The position numbers and the translations under genes are program-made. Shown in pieces: positions 28,152 through 35,016 of a stretch of DNA of 35,016 nucleotides. The stretch spans positions 1 through 35,016 of the forward strand of contig DAHVNA010000021.1 of NCBI GenBank assembly GCA_027319565.1, read 5' to 3'. A model generated the notes under the pieces. The model did not search any database. It was not told the origin of the DNA and saw nothing but the letters and a program-made list of their open reading frames with translations. The stretch is from Elusimicrobiota bacterium (lineage in GTDB: Bacteria > Elusimicrobiota > Elusimicrobia > UBA1565 > UBA9628). Each line of letters starts with the position of its first letter. Within the stretch, counting starts at the first letter, position 1.

Positions 28152-28210
28152 TAAAAAATCGGTAAAAAAAGCCCGCCCCCATTGACAAGATTTGAAGCGC
28201 CTATTACACT
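28150..28210 (+). promoter_or_regulatory. 20-bp tandem A-tract motif plus promoter TTGACA-17-TACACT
   Basis: AGTAAAAAATCGGTAAAAAA at 28150-28169, 12-nt gap, TTGACA at 28182, TACACT at 28205, ATG 6 nt later. Confidence 0.75.
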
Positions 28211-28216
28211 GTGGGT

Positions 28217-28975
28217 ATGACGCAATTCTGGGAGAAAAAAAAGGAGAAAAAGCGTTCCGGGCTCTTTTGGGGAATTTTAGCGACAGGCTTGGGCGCTCTT
28301 TTTTTAATTCCCCCGAGTTGGTGGAGCGTTTTGGGGCTTTCCCGCGGTTTTCATTTTCGCGGCTCCTTTGACGAGACTTTAAATCAAGAGCAGTTTGCCC
28401 CCAAACCGGCGTCTATTCCCGCGCGGCAACCTTCTTTTCTTTTAGCCGGACAGTTGGGGAGCCTCAAGGCCATTCCTTGGGATCAAAAATTGGGTCATCC
28501 CGTCAGCGTCACGGGCTTGGTCAATCCTTCCGAGGCGCGCGATCGCCCGGATTCCGTCTATGTAAAAAAAGATCCTTTTCCCAATTCCGAGGTGTCTGCC
28601 AATGAGGGAGATCTTTTGTCCTGGGCCTTAAGCCAACCGCCGTCCGCGGGCAAGGTCTCATCGGTCATGGTTCACAGAGTCGGCCGCGTGTCTCGCCGGG
28701 CAAAAACATCGCAATTTGCCCAGACTTTTAACAGCCGCTCCAGCGGTTGCATAGACGGCCCTACTTGCGCGATGATGCAGCTGGCCAAGGCCAAGGCCGA
28801 ATCTTCTTTTCTTTGCAAAAACGACGGCTGTCCTTCTTCCGTCGAATATGAATCCGCGGAACTCTCCTCCATTTTCGACGGTTCCGACGGCCGCTACAGA
28901 AGTTTGGTGATGCTTCAGGGAACCGGTTCTTCTTCCGCCCCTGAAATTCACAAATTAGGAGTGCCGCTTTTCTAG
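28217..28975 (+). CDS. Hypothetical membrane-anchored protein
   Basis: Basic N-terminus KKKEKKRSG, one TM segment (LFWGILATGLGALFLIPP), two Cys pairs near the C-terminus. ATG 28217 preferred over GTG 28211. Confidence 0.72.
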   Translation: MTQFWEKKKEKKRSGLFWGILATGLGALFLIPPSWWSVLGLSRGFHFRGSFDETLNQEQFAPKPASIPARQPSFLLAGQLGSLKAIPWDQKLGHPVSVTGLVNPSEARDRPDSVYVKKDPFPNSEVSANEGDLLSWALSQPPSAGKVSSVMVHRVGRVSRRAKTSQFAQTFNSRSSGCIDGPTCAMMQLAKAKAESSFLCKNDGCPSSVEYESAELSSIFDGSDGRYRSLVMLQGTGSSSAPEIHKLGVPLF

Positions 28976-28984
28976 GAGACGATT

Positions 28985-31570
28985 ATGGCCGATTCAATGG
29001 AAACGCCAAAACCGGGGACTCAAAATAAAAAAGAAGACAAAAAAGGCGGGGTTCCCACTTTAAGAGATACCACTCAAACCTTGCGCAATCCCGCTTTTAA
29101 GGTCAAGGATCTTAGCGCGAGAACCTTGGTTGATCGCTTCAAGCAATTTCGCAAAAAAGATTTGGCTTTTATCTTGGCCGGTTTGGGAGTTCTTTTCACC
29201 GCTCCCATGGCCGAGCGCTATTTGATGTCCCCGACGCATGGGTCCTCTGACGTCTTTAAAGAGGGTTGGGGTTTTCGGCCTGGGCAGGGTGGCTTGGGCG
29301 CGGGCGGCTCTCCTTTTGATACCGGGGAAAACGGCTTTGCGACCGGAAACCAGATCGGGGAAAATGGAGACATCATTACTCCCGCTAATTTCCGCGATCC
29401 CTCGAGTTTGATTTTGGGTCCTGAAGCCGAAGCCCAGCCGCCGGCGACGACCAGCGAAGCCCCGGCCTCTAGCTCCGGGGGATCGAATTGGAAAAACGCC
29501 TTGGCCGAAGCCGGCGGAAACGCCGCCAAAAAAGCCTTGGGCCGGGCCGGCCTTCCCATGCCGCCTTTGACCTTAAGCAAGAATATGCTCAGCGGTCTTG
29601 GGGGCTTAAGCCCGCAGGGCGGAGGCGAACATTACAGCTTGCCGCCCATTTCAGGAGGGCATGTTCCCAATAGCCCCAATGTTAGTAATTCCCTGGGCGC
29701 GGTCAAGGCCAATCCCAATTTAAAAGGCGTGGGTCCTTGGAGCGAGACGGGAAACGGCAGCGGTTCAATTGAAGCCTTAAAAACCGCCGGGGGAAATGCC
29801 GCGAGCCAATTTTCAAACCCCAGCGCGGCCAAGGGCCTTCAAAACGCGGCCGCGGTTCAGATGCCGACCGCCAACCCCAATCGTTTCGGCAGCGCCGGCG
29901 CGGATAAGGCCCTGGGAAATAATTCGGTCAAGATGAATAAGAACCTAGGGGAATCCCTCGCTTTCATGGCGGCCAAGATGAACATGCAAAAAGCCATTGA
30001 CCTTCAATGGAAGCTCGCCGAGAAAAAAGCCATGATGTGGCCCAATATTGAGGAAAAGATGTTGACGGATATGATTACGAAACCTTTGGGGGCCGTTGAG
30101 GATGCGCTTGGCCAAGGGATTGCGGGGTTTATGGGGGGGCCTTCGGCGGATGATTATGTCTGCTCAGATGGTCAGACTTATCCCGCTCTTGCTTGCTTAG
30201 ATGCTGCCAGTGGAGGTCCTAAGGCTCCTTCAAGCGGATGGTGTTTTTACAAAGGCGCTATCTACAGTGGCGGCAAAGATACAGGAATAACCCGGATTGC
30301 CACTGGTTGTTCTAAATCTGGATCCACCGGCAACACCACAAATCCGCCGGGATCGGATACGAATCCTCAGCATTCGATTGATAAAATCGCGCAACAATGC
30401 CAAGGCGTAACTGCGGCGTCTATTGGCGGTAATGGGACTAACGTTACAGGTAATTTAGATCAGATGAATCAGACTTGTAGCGCCCTTAAGGACGCTATCA
30501 ATCAAGAGAAGAACGCTAATCAGACCATGGGAACTTCAAATGCGCCGAATTCTTCATCGCCGAACCCTTCGTCTGGCAGTAACTATGACGTTCGGAAGTC
30601 CCCCGTGCGCGGGTTTGTCCTCAACCCCATTCATTCTCTTTTGTGGGCGTTCGCGGGCCAAATATTTAACGCCACCGCGCGGGCACAAACGCCATCGACT
30701 TGCCCAGACGCTTCTTCTTGCTTAAGCGACGCTTCTACACAATTGAACACGGAAGTGGGGGATATGAAGAAATCTGTGGGAGAGGCTCTTAAAGGAGTAT
30801 CTAGCTGTCAGAGTTCTCTTAGTGATATCTCCTCGCAATGCTCGCAGCAACCTGGATCGGAGGCGACGGCCAAACAGATTGATCGGGATGTTAAGTCTCT
30901 AAAACAAAGCTGTTTCCCTCCCATTCAGAAATCTATTGGGAAGACGTTTCAGGCTAGGATGAAAAAGATCGATAAAAAAGTTAGCCAAGACATTGGGCAA
31001 TCACAATCCATGCTTAGTAAAGTCCAGTCTACAAACGAAGCGAATATTACCCAAGATCAGACCGATGCTCAACGAGCGGCCAGCCAAATTAAAAGCAAGC
31101 GAAATAAAGCGGCTTTCAGTGGTTATGCCGCTCAAATTGGAGGAATAGATAAGTATGTTGATGGAGAAAGAACAAAACTAATGACATGCGCCGGTAATTT
31201 GGATAGTCAACGAAAAGGCGCGAAAGCAATAGGGGATGCGATTTCAAAATCCTATGCTCGAATTAAATTTCTATTTGAGAGTGGCTATCAATCGCAGGGT
31301 GGAATTAGCACCAACTACACCGCCCCAAATTTAGACTCCTCCGTTAACGCCGCGGCAGGATGCCAGGATGCGGGACATTGTTCGCAGGGATATAATCAGA
31401 GCTATTACAACGAAATTAATAAAGATGCGTGTCAATTTCAACAGGATCTCGCTAAGGAGTTGAAAAACTTAGAATCGCTAAATACGAATATACAACCCCT
31501 TTCGAGCGATATGGCGAAGTCCCAATGTCCCGCATCGGTTACTACTGCGGGCCAGTCCGCGGCGCAATAA
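28985..31570 (+). CDS. Hypothetical membrane-anchored protein (861 aa): Gly/Asn/Ser-rich N half, Cys-paired helical C half
   Basis: SD GGAG; TM segment KKDLAFILAGLGVLFTAPMAE; low-complexity spacer; many Cys pairs with heptad-like helices. Confidence 0.82.
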   Translation: MADSMETPKPGTQNKKEDKKGGVPTLRDTTQTLRNPAFKVKDLSARTLVDRFKQFRKKDLAFILAGLGVLFTAPMAERYLMSPTHGSSDVFKEGWGFRPGQGGLGAGGSPFDTGENGFATGNQIGENGDIITPANFRDPSSLILGPEAEAQPPATTSEAPASSSGGSNWKNALAEAGGNAAKKALGRAGLPMPPLTLSKNMLSGLGGLSPQGGGEHYSLPPISGGHVPNSPNVSNSLGAVKANPNLKGVGPWSETGNGSGSIEALKTAGGNAASQFSNPSAAKGLQNAAAVQMPTANPNRFGSAGADKALGNNSVKMNKNLGESLAFMAAKMNMQKAIDLQWKLAEKKAMMWPNIEEKMLTDMITKPLGAVEDALGQGIAGFMGGPSADDYVCSDGQTYPALACLDAASGGPKAPSSGWCFYKGAIYSGGKDTGITRIATGCSKSGSTGNTTNPPGSDTNPQHSIDKIAQQCQGVTAASIGGNGTNVTGNLDQMNQTCSALKDAINQEKNANQTMGTSNAPNSSSPNPSSGSNYDVRKSPVRGFVLNPIHSLLWAFAGQIFNATARAQTPSTCPDASSCLSDASTQLNTEVGDMKKSVGEALKGVSSCQSSLSDISSQCSQQPGSEATAKQIDRDVKSLKQSCFPPIQKSIGKTFQARMKKIDKKVSQDIGQSQSMLSKVQSTNEANITQDQTDAQRAASQIKSKRNKAAFSGYAAQIGGIDKYVDGERTKLMTCAGNLDSQRKGAKAIGDAISKSYARIKFLFESGYQSQGGISTNYTAPNLDSSVNAAAGCQDAGHCSQGYNQSYYNEINKDACQFQQDLAKELKNLESLNTNIQPLSSDMAKSQCPASVTTAGQSAAQ

Positions 31571-31657
31571 AATTAAATCATGCCGGATTTAAACATTTCC
31601 CGTTACCAGCGTTTTCTGCTCCGGGAAAAAGAGACTGTTTCTTTGGTGTTTTCCTGA
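31571..31657 (+). pseudogene. Internally deleted relic of the HEPN gene at 32956
   Basis: 31571-31590 is identical to 32947-32966 (20 bp including ATG CCG GAT). 31596-31632 matches 33134-33170 at 32/37 nt (SRYQRFLLREKE vs SRYLRFLAREKD). Confidence 0.8.
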
Positions 31658-31688
31658 ATAATCGCTGATCGGCCCAGCAGGCGTTTAA

Positions 31689-31747
31689 AATTAAAATAAC
31701 ATGTAGTTGTTATTTTAATTGACAAAATAACATATAGATGTTATTAT
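31689..31747 (+). promoter_or_regulatory. Two tandem palindromic operators overlapping promoter TTGACA-17-TATTAT
   Basis: AATTAAAATAACA-N6-TGTTATTTTAATT (31689-31720) and AATAACA-N6-TGTTATT (31726-31745). -35 at 31719, -10 at 31742, ATG 6 nt later. Confidence 0.85.
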
Positions 31748-31753
31748 CTTATT

Positions 31754-32905
31754 ATGCTCTTTAAACGCTCTTTGCGTTTGGACGCAAGCCGCCGCTCCGC
31801 TTTTCTGTTCGGGCCCCGCATGACCGGCAAGACTTTTCTCTTAAAAGAATTGCCTTCGGACTTGTTTGTCGATCTTTTGGACCCAGAATTGGAGCTTCGG
31901 CTCAAAACCTCGCCGCGCCTTTTTTGGGAACAAGTTTCGGCTCTTAGGAATCGCGCACTCATCGTCGTAGATGAAGTCCAGCGTGCCCCCGCCCTTCTTG
32001 ACTATGTCCAGAAAGGCATCGAGGAAAAACATCTGAGCTTCATTCTCTCAGGCTCCAGCGCCAGAAAACTCAAGCGCGGCGGCGCCAATCTCTTGGGCGG
32101 GCGCGCGCGGGATCTGAAGCTTCACCCATTGACTCTCATGGAATTGGGGAGTCATTTCGATATCCAGAAAGCCTGTTGGTTTGGAACGTTGCCCGGAGTG
32201 GCTCAATACTTGGCTCAAGGAGATGAGAAAGAGGCGCGTTCTCTTTTAAGGTCTTATGCGACGACCTATGTTAAGGAAGAAATCCAAGCGGAGGCGCTGA
32301 CACGGAATGTGGGGGCTTTTCAGCGGTTCCTTCAGGTGGCCGTTCAAGGGAACGCCCAGATCGTGGAGTTCGCCAATATCTCCCGCGAGTGTTCCGTGCC
32401 GTCGAGCACCGTGAAGGAATACTATTCGATTCTGGAAGACACCTTGATGGGAGATTTTTTGTGGCCTTGGAACGCGAGCGAGCGTAAAAAGGCGCGCCCG
32501 AAATTTTACTTTTTCGACTGTGGCGTCGTCCGCGCCGTTCAGAACCGTTTGGGCGATCCCCCCACGCCGGCCGAAATGGGTTTTCTTTTCGAGACCTGGC
32601 TTGTTCGCGAGATCCGGAGATTGAGAGATTATGGAGACAAAGAGCACCGGTTTTCTTTCTGGCGACAAGGAGCGCATGAAATCGATTTATTAGTCGAGGG
32701 CGGGAGAGGACCCCTATTGGCCATTGAATGTAAAACCGGTTCCGGCGGCATTTCCCCTGGAACTGTCGCGGCGTTTCGCGCTCATTTTCCGCGCGTGCCT
32801 CTTGTTGTGGCGTCTCTTTTGGATGAGACCCCGCGCCGTCTTGAATCCGGAGTCGAGGTTTTGCCCTTCGCGGAAGTTTTGGAGCGCTATCAGGCCCTAG
32901 GCTGA
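31754..32905 (+). CDS. AAA_14/DUF4143 (COG1373-type) ATPase with a C-terminal PD-(D/E)XK-like domain
   Basis: Walker A GPRMTGKT, Walker B IVVDEVQ, SGSS, LLGGRA, HTH-like NISRECSVPSSTVKEYYSILED, KFYFFDCG, EIDLLVE...AIECK. Confidence 0.88.
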   Translation: MLFKRSLRLDASRRSAFLFGPRMTGKTFLLKELPSDLFVDLLDPELELRLKTSPRLFWEQVSALRNRALIVVDEVQRAPALLDYVQKGIEEKHLSFILSGSSARKLKRGGANLLGGRARDLKLHPLTLMELGSHFDIQKACWFGTLPGVAQYLAQGDEKEARSLLRSYATTYVKEEIQAEALTRNVGAFQRFLQVAVQGNAQIVEFANISRECSVPSSTVKEYYSILEDTLMGDFLWPWNASERKKARPKFYFFDCGVVRAVQNRLGDPPTPAEMGFLFETWLVREIRRLRDYGDKEHRFSFWRQGAHEIDLLVEGGRGPLLAIECKTGSGGISPGTVAAFRAHFPRVPLVVASLLDETPRRLESGVEVLPFAEVLERYQALG

Positions 32906-32955
32906 CGGTTTAATCTTTTTATCTCTTCTATCTTATTTTTTTGTTTAATTAAATC

Positions 32956-33372
32956 ATGCCGGATTTGAACTTAAAAGAGAAGCTGCTTGAAGACTTGCGC
33001 GCCTCCCGCAAGCATTTGGAGTATAGTTATCACAAGGCGCGTTTGCTCGCGCTGGATAAAGATTTAAGCGAAGAAGAGCTTGAGGTCCTTGAAAGTTTTT
33101 CCAGTCGCTTCGCGCGCTATTCCGATTTGATTCTTTCCCGCTACCTGCGTTTTCTGGCGCGGGAAAAAGACCCCGCTTTTCGCGGCTCGGCGATCGACAC
33201 CGTCAATCTCGCGGAAAAGTTCGGCTGGATTAAAGACGCCGCGGCCTGGCGCCGCATTCGGGAATTGCGAAATCTTGCCGCGCATGAGTATGAATCCGAG
33301 GATTACCGAAGCCTTTATTCCGAGATCATTCGTCTGACCCCGCACCTTCTCGACTTTGTCCCTTCGACATGA
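32956..33372 (+). CDS. HEPN-domain RNase toxin (HepT/HI0074-like)
   Basis: All-helical 138 aa with RxxRNxxxHEY (RELRNLAAHEY); ATGA overlap with the MNT gene. Confidence 0.85.
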   Translation: MPDLNLKEKLLEDLRASRKHLEYSYHKARLLALDKDLSEEELEVLESFSSRFARYSDLILSRYLRFLAREKDPAFRGSAIDTVNLAEKFGWIKDAAAWRRIRELRNLAAHEYESEDYRSLYSEIIRLTPHLLDFVPST

Positions 33373-33659
33373 GGCTTTCACCCCAAGAGCGCGCCGCGAT
33401 TAAAAAAATCATCGAAGGCAAGGATCTCAAGGCCGAGATTTATCTCTACGGCTCGCGAGCGGATGATTCCCTCTCGGGAGGAGACATCGATATTCTCGTC
33501 ATTTCCGAGACCCTGACCTTTCCCGATAAGCTGGATTTATTGAGCGAGATTAAAACCGCCTTGGGCGATCAGAAAATAGATATGTCCATTAAGACTCCTG
33601 CGCAATCGCGTTCGGATGTTTTCGCCCGTGAAATCCTAAAATCCGCGCTACGAATCTAA
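33369..33659 (+). CDS. Minimal nucleotidyltransferase antitoxin (MntA-like)
   Basis: MRLS..ER..IK, IYLYGSRADDSLSGGDIDILV (GS-x10-DxD), LGDQKID; 96 aa. Confidence 0.88.
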   Translation: MRLSPQERAAIKKIIEGKDLKAEIYLYGSRADDSLSGGDIDILVISETLTFPDKLDLLSEIKTALGDQKIDMSIKTPAQSRSDVFAREILKSALRI

Positions 33660-33670
33660 AATTGTTGCAC

Positions 33671-33899
33671 ATGGCAAACAAACATTGTGTCGGGGGGATT
33701 TGATAGAATAAAACTGCGCATAATAAAAGATGTGCCGCGGCAGGCTGCGCAGATATCTTTTGGCGTTCTTCTCGACGGCGGCGGAGCGGCGTGGGCCAGG
33801 GATCTTCATTTTGAGATTGTTAAGAAAAACGTTGCCGTCACCGCCCATTCAAACAATCTCTCCTATCCCAAAGCTCCGGTCAATCTCGGTTTGGAGTAA
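33671..33899 (+). pseudogene. Probable 3' remnant of a beta-sandwich (CBM-like) domain gene
   Basis: IIKDVPRQAAQISFGVLLDGGGAAWARDLHFEIV...PKAPVNLGLE recalls the VLDVP...I.FGVLL.G.G.VW.DD..FE.V...P.NL.FE domain of some AraC regulators and esterases. No intact 5' part or good start. Confidence 0.45.
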
Positions 33900-34015
33900 A
33901 GCTCGCGCGTTTTCTTCGCGCGCCAAACAGCGTGTCAAGCGTTTTTTTGAAAATTTTAAAATCCGGTTTTATCGACGGGAAAATGGCGAAAAAATATTTT
34001 TTATATTTTATTTGC

Positions 34016-34045
34016 TTGACATTAAAACGAATTTCGTGCTACACT
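34016..34045 (+). promoter_or_regulatory. rRNA operon promoter TTGACA-18-(TGc)TACACT with AT-rich UP element
   Basis: -35 at 34016, extended -10 at 34037-34045, A/T tracts at about 33989-34013. Confidence 0.8.
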
Positions 34046-34137
34046 ATTTAAGTGCGCTAAAAGATGTTAGATTAGCGTACGGGGCAGGTCCTATCATCCC
34101 CTGAAAGATGGACAAAAGGGGAGAGGGGGTTTGTTTT

Positions 34138-34149
34138 TGTTCTTTGACA
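34138..34149 (+). promoter_or_regulatory. rrn leader boxA antitermination element
   Basis: TGTTCTTTGACA versus consensus TGCTCTTTAACA, located between the promoter and 16S. Confidence 0.75.
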
Positions 34150-34351
34150 ATTTCTTTGCGAGCGAATGAGCGCTCCGCAAAGAGCCTAAAGGAAATTATG
34201 GTGTGTTCTTGTCGCTGTGAGATGCGTCGCCCTTGGGGCGACACGGAAATCGCGCAAGCGATAGACGGCGGCGACAGGAGAAGTATTGAGAGGAATCAAT
34301 TCCTCCATGGATTTAGTTAACTCGGCGGGCTTGCCCGTCGGCTTAAACTGT

Positions 34352-35016
34352 TTTATGGAGAGTTTGATCCTGGCTCAGAATTAACGCTGGCAGAGTGCAT
34401 AACACATGCAAGTCGAGCGAGGTGGCGGCGTATCGCGCCTAGCGGCAGACGAGTGAGCAACACGTAAGCAATCTGCCCCCAAATGGGGAATAACCCGCCG
34501 AAAGGCGGGCTAATACCCCGTAGAATCCCAGGAAGGCATCTTCAGGGGATGATAGGCCAGCAATGGTCGTTTGGGGAGGAGCTTGCGGCCCATCAGCTAG
34601 TTGGCGGGATAACAGCCCACCAAGGCTATGACGGGTACCCGGACTGAAAGGTCGCACGGGCACGGAGGCACTGAGACACGGGCCTCACTTCTACGGAAGG
34701 CAGCAGTGGGGAATTTTGGACAATGGGCGAAAGCCTGATCCAGCAACTCTGCGTGAGGGATGAAGTCTTTCGGGATGTAAACCTCTTTTATTAGGGACGA
34801 ATCAAATGACGGTACCTGATGAATAAGCCACGGCTAACTATGTGCCAGCAGCCGCGGTAAGACATAGGTGGCAAGCGTTATTCGGAATTACTAGGCGTAA
34901 AGCGAGTGTAGGCGGGCGTTTAAGTCTATTGTGAAATTTTTCGGCTTAACCGGAAACATGCGGTAGATACTGGATGTCTTGAGTGGGGTAGAGGGTGTTG
35001 GAATTCCCGGTGTAGC
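34352..35016 (+). rRNA. rrs: 16S rRNA, 5' part (runs off the window)
   Basis: AGAGTTTGATCCTGGCTCAG at 34359, ACACATGCAAGTCG, GGCAGCAG at about 34700, GTGCCAGCAGCCGCGGTAA at 34842-34860. Confidence 0.99.

Noticed and set aside
31689..31720. Palindrome as a dif site or terminator
   Set aside because: No match to XerC/XerD arm consensus, AT-only stem, and a second copy inside the promoter spacer fits an operator better.
34200..34285. tRNA in the rRNA leader
   Set aside because: Multibranch pairing is present but there is no TTC T-loop, D-loop GG or acceptor end.
33730..34663. ORFs 33730-34104, 34044-34244, 34108-34320 and 34439-34663
   Set aside because: They overlap the rrn promoter, leader or 16S and have no protein-like features.

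Overview
Bacterial chromosomal window (about 50% GC by eye) ending in the 5' part of a 16S rRNA gene. Its signatures most resemble phylum Elusimicrobiota; this is from memory, not a search. Housekeeping genes are a thiolase (cut by the window edge), manC-gmd, an N-domain-less clpB, a Prc/Tsp protease, ileS-lspA-recA-xerD and an rrn promoter with boxA. Several lineage-specific exported proteins lie between them. The most striking is a 2413-aa protein with a signal peptide, a central Gly/Ala-rich hydrophobic region and a C-terminal divergent SecA-like SF2 ATPase. It follows a 746-aa Cys-rich exported protein, and both genes are preceded by a shared GGCC-rich motif at or near a symmetric divergent promoter pair. 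Other notable items: at least seven genes look leaderless (-10 box 6-8 nt before the start codon); a 20-bp motif sits at identical spacing above two -35 boxes; a 90-bp hairpin-containing in-frame insert in lspA is flanked by 6-bp direct repeats; and an AAA_14/DUF4143-type ATPase-nuclease with tandem palindromic operators lies between a decayed and an intact HEPN toxin gene (HEPN-MNT pair). No CRISPR array, tRNA or transposase was seen. All calls come from reading the sequence by eye.
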